From Eimeria praecox (lineage: Eukaryota), in assembly GCA_963920595.1 (NCBI GenBank), contig OY986949.1, positions 1,550,001 through 1,614,000 of the forward strand: DNA of 64,000 bases. Reading direction: 5' to 3'. The position numbers and the translations under genes are program-made. Below are positions 1-31,130 of the stretch, piece after piece. Numbering within the stretch: position 1 is the first letter of the stretch; every line of letters begins with the position of its first letter. Below the pieces are notes generated by a model. The model saw only the letters and a list, made by a program, of their open reading frames with translations. It had not been told where the DNA came from and searched no databases.

Positions 1-70
1 AACAGCAGCAGCAACAGCAGCAGCAACAGCAGCAGCAGCAACAGCAGCAGCAACAGCAGCAGCAACAGCA

Positions 71-102
<32 letters not shown>

Positions 103-260
103 TATATTTTGCTTGCCTTGTGCTGCAGCTACCTCGCCGGGGTCGTTCATCTGATTCTGGGGGAGTGTTAGACAGAGTTGTTTCTCAGCTCCTCTCTGAG
201 ATGGATTCCTTACCTCCGAGAGTAAGTAAAAAATATACTAGTTGCTGCTGCTGTTGCTGC

Positions 261-291
<31 letters not shown>

Positions 292-299
292 CCTGTTGC

Positions 300-366
<67 letters not shown>

Positions 367-432
367 GAAACGCTGCGACAGAGGCATCTGTGGCACTGGA
401 ATGCCAGCAGCTCAAGCTGCAGCAGAAACACT

Positions 433-467
<35 letters not shown>

Positions 468-525
468 AGCAGCAACAGCAGCAGCAACAGCAGCAGCAGC
501 AACAGCAGCAACAGCAGCAGCAGCA
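1..525. repeat. (CAG/CAA)n and (CTG/TTG)n triplet arrays in PEX6 introns
   Basis: Visible at 1-102, 242-330, 331-367 and 434-525. Confidence 0.95.
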
Positions 526-1120
526 CCGAAGGTAGCAGCAAAGCCATCATTTACTGTCGTTTGTAAGAAGGAACCTGCCTCATCCCCCTCTGCATGTTTG
601 TCTGTATATTATATTATTAATATTATATTATACTATATTATATTATTAATTTATTTTATTTATTTTATTTATTGTATTAATTAATTTATTTATTTGTTTT
701 TAGGTGTTTATAATAGGAGCAACAAATAGAATAGAATTACTTGATGGGGCAGCGTTAAGAGGAGGGAGATTACATCTTCAGGTGTATGTGGGGCTGCAGC
801 AAAACAAGTTATTGCTGCTGCATGCGATAGCGAAGCATCTGATAATAAGAAGATTGAAGCCCTTCTCTCTCTATCAACTTGATAACAGCAAGGAGGAAGC
901 TCAACGAGTTCTCACAGATATTGCGGTGTACATACACCCCGGGGCTACAGGGGCTGATTGTAAAGCCACTTGTAATATTGCTGCATTACTTGCGACGAGA
1001 GAAAATATTAATTTTATTGAATCTCTTGCTTGTAAACCACAAATATTATTATTTTGGATTTGAGTGGTTTGCTGATGCTGCTGCTGCTGCTGTTGCTGCT
1101 GTTGCTGCTGTTGCTGCTGC

Positions 1121-1152
<32 letters not shown>

Positions 1153-1800
1153 TTGTTGCTTTTGTTGCTGCTGCTGTTGTTGCTGCTGCTCTTGGTGCTG
1201 TGGATGCTGCTGTTGGGGCTGTAGATGCTGATGCTCTGCTGCTGTTGCTGCTGTTGCTGCTGCTGCTGTTGCTGCTGCTGTTGCTGCTGCTGTTGCTGCT
1301 GCTGTTGCGGGGAAATACATATTTATTTTAAAGATAGATAGAGAGAAGCTGTATGTCTTCCTCGGTAATATAATAAATATAATAAATATAATAGATACAA
1401 TGAATATAATAGGTATAATAAATATAATAAATATAATAAATATAATAGATATAATAAATATAATAAATATAGTAAATATAATCAATATAATAAATATAAT
1501 AAATATAATAAATATAATAAATATAATAAATATAATAAATATAATAAATAAATATAATAAATATAATGAATATAATAAATACAATAAATATAATAAATAC
1601 AATAAATATAATAAATATAATAAATATAATGCTTCTTCTTGTATGTGCAGCATCTCTTGGTCTTAAGGAGGGAGTCTTACAACAAACAGCAGCAGAGAGT
1701 TGGAGTTCTATTGACGTTAATTCAACTCCTCTGGGGTGTACGTACACCGCAACTCTGTTAAGGGGTGAGGCAACAGCAGCATCAGCAGCAGCAACAGCAA

Positions 1801-1863
<63 letters not shown>

Positions 1864-2474
1864 GAGGAGAGAGAGGTTTTAAGATATATTTAAAGTTGCT
1901 TAGTAATAGAAAAATAACAGAAGGAGCAGGTAGCCCTTCTCTTCAAGTTTGGTTGGGGTGTATGTACACCTCAGATTCAGATAAAACAGAAGACACTAAT
2001 AATAATTGCTGCAGTATATGGGCTGTCAGTACACTACCCTCCTCCTCTTTCACTGCAGCAGCAGAGCCCCCCGAGCCTATCTTTCTGAAGCTTCTCCCGC
2101 AGCAACAGCAGCAGCAGCAGCAGCAGCAGCACGAGCAGCAGCAGCAGCACGAGCAGCAGCAGCAGCACGAGCAGCAGCAGCACGAGCAGCAGCAGCAGCA
2201 GCGTGTCTGCGCAGCAGAATTGAACGGATTCAGAGCAGCAGTATGGGTAACTAAGAACGAGAGAAGGGGGCCCCCAGGGGTTGGGGCCCCCTGCTGTATC
2301 TGCGGGGATGAGTTGCTGTCTGCATACAGGGGGCCCCCTCCTTGTTTTATTTTATCTGTTCATGTACTGTACAGACACCTGAAGGAGGCATTGAAGGAGA
2401 CAAGAGCTTCTGTCTCTAAAGAGGATATGCAGAAATACGAACGATTACGCCGTCAGTATATTTTACAGAGATAG
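129..2474 (+). CDS. PEX6: Peroxisome biogenesis AAA+ ATPase PEX6, 3' part (exons 129-221, 704-1031, 1651-2474; 5' part lies outside the window)
   Basis: LPRRGRSSDSGGVLDRVVSQLLSEMD and VFIIGATNRIELLDGAALRGGRL match the PEX6 second AAA domain (DSGGVMDRVVSQLL; GATNR..R.GR). C-terminus reads ..ALKETRASVSKEDMQKYERLR. GT-AG junctions are phase-compatible (0, 1). Confidence 0.8.
1366..1630. repeat. 9-bp AT-rich tandem repeat (ATAAATATA)n in a PEX6 intron
   Basis: Directly visible; gives the spurious IINIIN/FIIFII ORFs. Confidence 0.9.
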
Positions 2475-2622
2475 AAAGATAACATACATTATAATTAATT
2501 GTGTGTGTTGATAGAATACATTCATATTAATTGTGTGGATTTGAAGGGCTTAAGAAACACCTGTATATACACCTCAACAAGATACAGAGACAGAAAAAAA
2601 TGATATTTTATAGATTTAAATT

Positions 2623-2697
<75 letters not shown>

Positions 2698-2708
2698 GCC
2701 TATACACC

Positions 2709-2860
2709 CTAACAAGGTGCTTGTCGTCCTCTTCTTATTCGCCCTCTATACCCTGTCTTTCTTCTTATATACTCTGTGCCGTTCATTATCTTTCTCTTGC
2801 GATCTGATAATAAAGTAATATAGGAACAGCTGTCCCTGCTGCTGCTGTTGCTGCTGCTGC

Positions 2861-2901
<41 letters not shown>

Positions 2902-3209
2902 CTGCTTCCTGGGGAGTCAAACGGAAGAGAAGTGAAGAAACGCTGAGATCCCTCAGCAGAGAATGAGCAGAGAGAACGGCGGGATGCTGCAGACACTGGC
3001 AGCAGCAGCCGCTGTTGCTGCTGCTGCTGCTGCTGCTGAGGAGCGCTGCAGCAGCAGGAAGTAGGAGGGAGGGTAGAGGGTTGATATGGAGTTATTATAC
3101 GTAAGAGTTGAGAGCTAAGGGGACAAATAGAACATCGAGAAGAAGAAGAAAAAGAAGAAGAAGATAAGAAGAGAAGAGAGGAGCGATGAATTAGATTAGA
3201 GAACGTCAT
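2709..3209 (-). CDS. Small single-exon protein with a transit-peptide-like N-terminus and basic C-terminal domain (possible mitochondrial protein)
   Basis: True ATG at 3209 with TGCATGCA just upstream. N-terminus is S/L/R-rich and acid-poor; non-repetitive basic C-terminus LLSDRKRKIMNGTEYIRRKTGYRGRIRRGRQAPC. Confidence 0.5.
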
Positions 3210-3776
3210 CGTGCATGCATGCAGGTTTTGTAGATTATGAGGGAGGAAGTTGAGTGTATATACAGCTCGTTAAAATATTTATAAAAATATATTTATATAC
3301 AATTAAACACAAATATAATTAGTTTAGCGAAGCTTAATACCATAAATGAAGCTGCTGCTACTGCTGCTGCTGCTGCTGCTGCTGCAGCAGCAGCAGCAGC
3401 AGCAGCAGCCCCCCGGGCGGCTACTGTTCCTCTCCTACAAACTTGATTTTTTTATAGAAAATAATAATATAAATAATTGTTTTTATATTAATTTAATAAA
3501 ATATTAATTTAAAAATGTTTACATATCTTAAAATTAAACTAAACAGGGAACAAATACACAACACACAGCCAGCCTTCTGCTCGGCGCAGCGAGCGAGTCC
3601 GCTGGGGTGTATGTACACTGTAGAAAATAAATAAATTTATATATATATGTATATATATATATGTATTATTAATTGCCTAACAGATCTAAAAACATATTTC
3701 TCATGTAGTAAACACGAAAAGACTTTACGTAAATATATATACATATACACTACGCTATATACTAATACTATACCAC

Positions 3777-3898
<122 letters not shown>

Positions 3899-4074
3899 CA
3901 TTAAGCGTTGACGTTTTAAGGCAGCAAGAATATATTTGTTATGTCTTCTTCTTCTTCTTTCTTCTTCTCTTCCTTTCTCTCTCCCTCTTAATGTTTTATC
4001 TTCTTATTAACTAATTTCTGATATTTTGTAGGGTTGTTATGTCTTCTTCTTATTATTATTATTATTATTATTAC

Positions 4075-4111
<37 letters not shown>

Positions 4112-4654
4112 CTTTTCTTCTTCTTTCTTTCTCTCTGCCTTTTTATATTTTCTGTTCGTATTAACTAATTTCTTCTTTATCTTCTTTCTGTCTCCTTCTT
4201 TCTTTGATTGTTTGTTTCATCGCTTCACTCGCTTAACTTAACTGTCTCTGTCTCCTCTCTTTATATTTATCTTCTTGCTGCCTCTCTCTCTCTCTGTCTC
4301 TCTCCCCTCTTTATATTTATCTTCTTATTGTCTATCTCTCTCTCTGTCTCTCTGTCTCTCTCTGTCTCCTCTCTTTATGTTTATCTTCTTGCTGTCTCTC
4401 TCTCTCTCTCTGTCTCTCTCTTTCTCCTCTCTTTGTATTTATCTTCTGATTGTCTATCTCTTTGTATTTGTGCTTTCTCTTATTATTTATACTATCTCTG
4501 TCTCTGTTTTTATATTTTATCTATCTATTGTCTCTGTCTCTGTCTCTATGTTTTATATTTCTACTGTCTCCTTCTCATACAAAACAGCAGAAGGAGACAG
4601 CAGCAAAATAAAATATAAAACAGCAAGTGTTGCTGGATTTACATACACATCTCG

Positions 4655-4712
4655 TAAACCTTAAACCCTAAACCCTAAACCCTAAACCCTAAACCCTAAA
4701 CCCTAAACCCTA
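4655..4712 (+). repeat. Interstitial telomere-like (AAACCCT)n
   Basis: About 8 heptamer copies directly visible. Confidence 0.95.
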
Positions 4713-5005
4713 GACTGAGAAGGAGAACATATTATAACTTAAGATAACTCCATAGAATATCAACAAAACAAAAGAAGTAGAATCAAAGAAACAACAAATT
4801 TGTCTTGCAGCATTTGTTTATTTTCTTCTTATTTTATTATGATCAATAATAATTATATTGTATCTCTCACTATCATTATTATTATTTTTATTATTACTAT
4901 TATTACTACTATTTCTATTATTTTCACTATTATTATTATTATTATTATTACTATTATTACTACTATTTCTATTATTTTCACTATTATTACTATTATTATT
5001 ATTAC

Positions 5006-5059
<54 letters not shown>

Positions 5060-5485
5060 GCTCTCTGCATAGAGCGAGCCTGTCGTAGGTGAAGTCTTTC
5101 GGGTGTACATACAGCTGAAAGTTAGTGAAGAAGTAAACAAATTTTTTGTGTTTGTTTAGTAGCCAAGTTAAACAAAATTAATTACTTCTAATTCCGTATA
5201 ACCTCTGTTGTGTTTAAACGAAGATAAAACAGACAAATGAAGACAAATTGGCTTACAGAAAGATGTGTGTATTTGTTTATAAACAAAGAAAGATAAAGAA
5301 ATATAAACCAGATAAACAAAACTATCTATCTATCTATTATAGTACTCTAGACAGATACACCTGCTGTCTGTCGGCTATTCTCTCCTTTTTCGTTCAACTC
5401 TCTTCAGCACTCCCTCTGCAATATTTGCATGCATCAACACCCTACAGAACTGCTGCTGCTGCTGCTGCTGCTGTTGCTGCTGCTA

Positions 5486-5517
<32 letters not shown>

Positions 5518-6750
5518 TGTGACTCATACATTTTGCTCTACAATTAACAGATAAGCTAAATAATGGGTTTCTGTCTCCTTAAAAGATATATTATTCTATC
5601 TTCATTTACAGTAGAAGAGGCTACTGAAGCAGCTACGCAACAGAAGTCAGAGAAAAAAGACATAAATTGCTGGCTAGCTCGTCTCCCTCAAACTCCCATA
5701 GGAGGATAGCAAGGAAAGATACAATAAATACTTTGAATATCTGAGTTTTATATATTTTATCTACAGAATAGAAAAATAAATTTAATTAAAGGAGCAGGTG
5801 TGATGTATGTGTTGCTTGAGGTGTCTATACAGCAGAAACAACCAACGAAACCAACGAAACCTGAAAGGAAAGCGCTAGCAGGGGGGCTTCCAGGGTATGA
5901 TCATGTAGTAAATGTTTATTATTTATCTAAATGAAGCATTAAAAATAAGAAAGATATATTTAAATACGAAAACATTTACTGTTTTCCTCAAGAAGCGAGG
6001 GAGTAAGTAAGAGATGAAGAGCCACGTGTGTGAGACCAATGGGCTGTACGTACACCGCGAGGCTGTTATCTATGTGGGCATTTGTTTAAGAAAACAGCCG
6101 TTAAGAATATATTTAAATCCTTTAATTAAATAAAAAGGAAGTGATATACAACTTTTTAGAAGAAATTACAGAGAGGAAGGAGTCATGAAACTGAATCGAT
6201 CGAAGGCAGTAATGGCAGCGAAAGCGGGCTAACCTCTTTATTTTATGTTTTATTTTTCTTCTTTTTTCAATAATTTATTTCAAAAGAAGTATATTTATTC
6301 TTATTTCCCTTTTTTTCCTTATTTATATCATCAGTTTAACTCAAATTCAACTTCGATTCGAGAGCTCGACACATGGGCATGCAGGGCTGCCGGCTGCGGT
6401 TTTCTTCGGGTGTATGTACAGGGATGTTGAGATATATTGAAAATTATCTTTATATTTTCACTTCATTTCAGAAAAAGGTTTAGAAGGTTCGTCTCAATGT
6501 ATGCATAGTAGCCGTTCTTTAAAGATAAGCCTCTGCCTGCGATCTGCAGGCAAAGCCGACGGAGTTGTGAGACTCTGTAGGGTATAATTGAGTGTTTTAT
6601 TTTTGTTTATTTGTGTATTTATTTTCTATTTTATTTCATATATTCCCATATTACTGACATTTAGACTCTTTTCTTCATCGAGAATGCAGGAAACAAATGC
6701 TGCTTGTTCCTGTTTCTATCATTTCGAGTGTTAACCTGGGCTGTGCATAC

Positions 6751-6810
6751 ATACACCTGAGCATACACCTCAGGATACACACCTCAGGATACACCTCAGG
6801 ATACACCTCA
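6751..6810 (+). repeat. Short tandem repeat of ~12-bp GGATACACCTCA upstream of myosin C
   Basis: 4-5 imperfect copies visible. Confidence 0.8.
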
Positions 6811-7194
6811 AAATACAGCTTCTCAAGTATTTCTTCACATGAATTCGCCCTATAATACACAGCTGCAGCATCTCCCCTACACCAAATATATTATTTTCAT
6901 TTTTCTAGATATTCTCTCACAGTCGTCAGTCGGAAGACTCATTTGATTTGTTTGAAGGCAGCAGCAATATAAACTTCTATATTAATGAAGAAGGGAGGGA
7001 GAGAGAGAGAAGAGGAGATAAGAGAAGAAAGTAGAACAGAATACATAGCAGGATAAAGTAGAGGAGTATAATAAAACAAATAAAACAAATTATACATAAA
7101 ATAAAAGAAAGAAACAAAGATATATTAGAATAGAATAAAATAAATAAAACAAATAAATAAAATAATAGAAAGATAAAAATAAAAAAAAAAGAAA

Positions 7195-13834
<6,640 letters not shown>

Positions 13835-13953
13835 ACCGTTCGGGTGTATGTACAGTGAAAAACAAAAAAAACAACCGAGATGCATCAAACCAATTCGTTA
13901 TTATGCATGACTCATCAGTGCTGAGTATTTCTTGCGCTGAAGTACAATAAAAT

Positions 13954-14024
<71 letters not shown>

Positions 14025-15195
14025 GTAACACACATTAAATCTAATATATATATATATATATACATCTATCTATCTGTCTATATCTATATCTATATATATA
14101 TATATATATAGATAGATAGATAGATAGATATACCTGTTTCTTCTCATATTGTACAGTTCACTATCGCCACGCATGCTACCTACGTTTATGCTCTGTAGCA
14201 TCACTCGCCCCTAACCCTGCAATTAACTTCTTTCTAAACTTAAATTATGAATAATAACTACTTCTCACTTTTTTATTTTAAGTTATGTAAATTAAATAAA
14301 TACAAAATTAAATAAAATAAAATAACAAGTCAGAAAGCATCATCTATTAAGCAGATTCTGATGAAGAAACAAATACATCTCTCGCTACACTCAAGATTAG
14401 AATGAGGAGTAACATAAGCTGATTATAATAATTTATATATATATATATATATATAATATATAATATTATTATTATTATTTATTATTATTATTATTAATAA
14501 TAATAGTAATAAATAATAATAAATAATAAATAATGAAGCAGAATAATAAATAGTAATAGTAATAATAATAATATTTTATTTTAATAATATAAAAAGGTCG
14601 GAGGAGTTTGTCGCAGCAGCGGAAGGTGAGATGCAGTGCTGAGGTGTATGTACACTGTAAATACAAAATAATTATATATTAAGTTGCTTAATTTATTTGT
14701 CGTTACTTTTAATATATTAGAAGTATATTATAGTTTGTCTATAGCTAGCGTAGAAGCGAGAAAAGTAGAGTCTGTATCTATCTTTTTATTATCTTGAAGT
14801 GTTTCTATACAAACCAACAATAACAATTATACAGAGACTACTTATCTATGTAGTTTGTTTATATTAACAAATTGCTGTGTTTGTAGTGTATGTACAAAAC
14901 ATAATAATGAATGCTCATCAAGTATTATTTCGATTGAAGCTCTAGGTGTATCTTGTTGATGCAGCTGCAGAGTGTACATACACCCCAACTGTGTATGAAA
15001 GAAATACAGAAGCAGACAAAGAATTAAAGATAATAATTTCATCATATTAACACTGTACATACACCCTGTCTAGCATCTATGCTCAACGTTTAGGTATATC
15101 TTAGTACATTTATTATACTTGATTAGTTGTATCAGTTTTAGTAAAGGCTAATTAAGCCAACGGCCCTCGATACTATCTATCTATCTATCTATCTG

Positions 15196-15284
<89 letters not shown>

Positions 15285-16143
15285 GGAGGGTAAGAAGATT
15301 AAAACAATTAGGCTATATATATATATATATATATGGAGAGTAAGAAGATTAAAACAATTAGGTGTACATAATATTATAGATACACCCGAGTTGTAAAGAT
15401 TTTATATTTATAAGAGAGCTTTCATTAAATATAATTGTTTCCAATCAAAGTCAATGTTATTAATGTTTATACTTTAGGTAGAGTGTTATTAGAAAAATTA
15501 ATTAATATAATTAAATATATAATTATTATCTTAGCTATTTACTTTCTGCTACAGAGTTTATTTGTTTTTTTTGTTCAAGTCAGTTCGCGCCCATCTATAT
15601 AAATATATATTTATATATATTTAAATACATGAAATTAAATATATTTTATATATTTAAATTGTTTAACAACTTAAATATATAAAATATATTTAATTTTATA
15701 TATTTAAATTGCCCTGAAACTATGAGATTTGTATTTAAATCGATGAAGGAGCGGCTGTCTATCAACTTCCCTCTCAGGATGCGATGAGATATGACTGTAT
15801 CAATTAATATAATTATATTTGTTTAATATTTAATTAAAAAATAAAATAAAAAATAAAATATGAATTTAAAAAATATAAATTAAGATTAGAACTGCCTCAC
15901 AACCTCACACTTATCTTCTGTGTATTTTCTTACCTTTCTTGTACTTTGTTTTTAAATATATTTAAATTTAATAAATAATATATTTAAATGTAATATATAA
16001 TATATTTAAATTTAATAAATAAGGGCTACACAAAACTATAATCTAGAACAACACTAGCAGTAGATAGTAAGAATGTAATGGTCCTAACTAGTCCTTCAGT
16101 ATCTATGATATTTATATTTATGAATATATAAATATAAATATTT

Positions 16144-16182
<39 letters not shown>

Positions 16183-16207
16183 ACAATAATTATATTTAAA
16201 CTAATAA

Positions 16208-16341
16208 TGCCTAATTAGGTAGAGCACGCTTGAGAGAGCGTCATCACGTAAACGAAGACAACAAAAATAAAAATATTAATTTTTAAATCTTATAACCACT
16301 GCACGCGGTGGCGATGCGGGTTCGAATCCCGTCACTTCCCA
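16208..16341 (+). ncRNA. tRNA-like element or tRNA pseudogene with intact T-arm (Pol III B-box)
   Basis: T-arm GCGGG-TTCGAAT-CCCGT at 16316-16332, preceded by hairpin CCACT-GCACGC-GGTGG. D-loop-like GGTAGAGC lies ~100 nt upstream. No matching 5' acceptor strand found. Confidence 0.4.
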
Positions 16342-16748
16342 TTAAATTATGAATATATCAAATTATATAATATAAGAATAATATGATTGTAATACTAATA
16401 TATTATATATTATATATTATATAATAAAATATATAATATATACTATAAATTATATATTATCTATTATGTATTATATTATATCAAATATATAATATTTTAT
16501 ATATTTTATATATAAAATATATAAAACATTATACATTTTATATTATATATATATATATTATATATATATGTTAACATTGACACAATTAGATTAGCCTTGT
16601 ACACCCCTCTCATCCCACCATGGGAATAAATTATCATAAAAATAATAATGAAAATGCTAATTAATTCCCATGTTATGACGTTCAAATCTCAGGTGTACGT
16701 ACACTGCATTTGCATACAGCTATACATTACATAGATATTGTATCTTCT

Positions 16749-22665
<5,917 letters not shown>

Positions 22666-23406
22666 CCCGGCTGTGCTGTTCCCTGCTAAACGATGGGCGG
22701 AACGGCCTGTCTAGACGTGTTAACAGGATGAAGGGCTCAAGTAATCGTGAGGAAGTTGGGACTATCTGGGCCTCTCAGGCAATATGACGGCTATGAAATG
22801 CGATAATTAATCTCAAATTTCATTTATATTTTATATCTTTTCCTTCAAAGGGAAAGGAAGCAAGGCACACGGATATGCAATATCTCGGGGCTCCCGGTGC
22901 CCTGTTCTGCTGCTGCCCCTTGCGGGAGCAAAGTTGGTTAAATAAAAGATCAGCAATGATATTTTACAGTAATTACTTCACTGTAAACAAAGATAAACAT
23001 GGATACTATTAAAAAAATTAAGATAAATAGCACTTTGAGGTCCGGTAGAAAGCTCGATGCTCTATATCGCGAATGCATGCGGAGCGGTTACCGGCAGTCG
23101 TCTGCGGCACAAGTTTCGGTGTTTTTCTTGATTAATTTGGCGAATGAAATGAATTAGATTTGAAAAAAAGGAAATAAAATAACACAAGAGCCGCAATATT
23201 TTCCGTGAGTGACATATTGTCTGCCTTCTGTGGTGCCGCCGTCTGCTTTCTCTGCAAGGGTTCGAAGTTATCGAGTGGGAGCGCGTCTCAACGATAAAGT
23301 TGAATCGTTACGGTTCAACATCTTGATTGAATTTCGATTTTAAACTTCAGATCGCTGCAAAAACTTACCTCCAGAACCCCAGATCAGATCGAGGGCGTTG
23401 ACGAAG

Positions 23407-29438
<6,032 letters not shown>

Positions 29439-29569
29439 TACGACGGATTGAAATTCCCAGCCTGTGCCTTCGATGGACTTGGCGGGTTTGATGCTATAAA
29501 GAAATGCCTTTGTATATTTAGTTATCTTTTTCGTCTTTAACTTCAGTAGTCCATTTGGTCATCACTTGA

Positions 29570-31130
29570 CTACTGTTCATTCCGTGCAGCTTTTTTTCTG
29601 AGCATTTCACATTTAGAGTTGGAGGATTACGCCGCTTGTTAACTTTGTTTTATCAACTTCCTTATTTGTATTCATAGACTCACGCAATCAACGCTCTGGC
29701 TCTCTCAACTGTCTTCCTTTGAATCCCAATTTCGTGGCGAAGTTGGGCGATCCGTTGTTGGTCATAGCTCATTCGTTCCTACAGCCACAAGCATATCGCA
29801 AGAGGTTCTGACAATCAACAACAGCATGCACTATTATATAAATGCGTACTTCATCATAGGTAGGGTGCATATTAGAATGTATTATTAGTTCTGTTAGCAA
29901 GAAATATGTGGTTGTTAGTTTGCCAGTGCGTACCTGAGGCGACATGGTCCTCTCAAGATCCTCCTGGTTCGCCGGGCTCATCATGTTGTTAAGTTCGTTT
30001 TCCGCTTGCTGAAGGGAGAAAATGCGGCATTTATAGTATATAGTGATAATTTATATTAGATTCATGATTGATCATTAGGGTCAGGTGGTTTGATTCATAA
30101 GAAAAGCACAAACTTAGTCCTAGGCACTGTCCAACGCACCTTTTCGCTCTTGCGTTGAACGCTTGCTGATGAATGTTTCATATAAATAAAAATTGGGAAG
30201 CTGAAATTGTCAGTCAGGCGGCGGACCTGCTGGACTGTCAATTCCCATTGCAATATCAAGCACGCCTTGTGCTGCTGCCTTTTTCTTGGGGTCGCTGGGT
30301 GGTAGGAACAACAGCATATCAGTTAAGGGCATCCATTCATCATTCAAATAGACAAAGCACAACTCCTCTCTTACTCATCTTCCCCAGGCTTAGGCGCATA
30401 CACCATGTAAACCCCTGCTCCTTTTAGTGCCTCTGGAGTTCTCTCATGTTTCACATGTCATGTGTTTGTTTGAACGCATGCACTCGAGTTTATGTTTTTG
30501 AGTGATGATTTTTTATTATAAAGAATTTTCTGTCGTTATTTTTACGGCATTACTTAAAGCTGAAACCGTATATCACCTGGGTTGGCAGCTGCGAGCTCGC
30601 GAATTTCCATACCGAGCCCCGCCAGCTTAAAGAAGGGATTTGCCTCCAGTGCACTGCGCAGATCTGTCGGTTGTTGTAGACAGCGTGACACAGCATTTCA
30701 GTTTCTTGTGCGGCGGTTTCTGGTGGCCAGACAGGCAATACCTTTTGAGACGCTCTCCAGTTTAGTTGCTGTGGAAGGGTGGGATGTACTGTTAGGTCAC
30801 GTTAAATGGTGGTAACAACGAATCATTCATTACCAGCGGAATTTGCAAGCGGGTTGTTCTCGTTCCCTGCGCGAGGTTTTGTATAAAGTTCCCTGTCGCT
30901 GTAGTTCATATTCAGGTCAACTGGGTGCGATTACCTGCTGCCCCCGGTTGAGCCGCTGCTGGCGCTGCCGGTGTTGCAGCTGCAACAGGTGGCTGTACGC
31001 CTGTTGCCGCAGCAAGACCTCCTGCTAAAGCGTTTGTGGCTACTGTCCGAGCCAAGTTACCCAGGAAACCCTCAGTTTCATGAAACCCGAAATTGCAGAG
31101 AACACCGAGCACAAATAAAACTATCGCCAT
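29570..31130 (-). CDS. Small secreted protein, ~165 aa (exons 31130-30935, 30768-30742, 30663-30613, 30165-30140, 30008-29934, 29778-29684, 29597-29570)
   Basis: Signal-peptide-like MAIVLFVLGVLCNFGFHETEG. Six GT-AG introns join in phase into a stop-free 498-nt CDS ending ..ERARALIAKKAARNEQ*. Confidence 0.7.

Noticed and set aside
15739..15770. TCGATGAAGGAGCGGC and CTATCAACTT resemble 5.8S and 18S snippets
   Set aside because: Matches are too short and do not extend.
16594..16625. GCCTTGTACACCCCTCTCATCCCACCATGGGA resembles bacterial/plastid 16S (27/32 by eye)
   Set aside because: All mismatches fall in the universally conserved core and the flanks show no rRNA similarity. Not supportable without a BLAST against organellar genomes.
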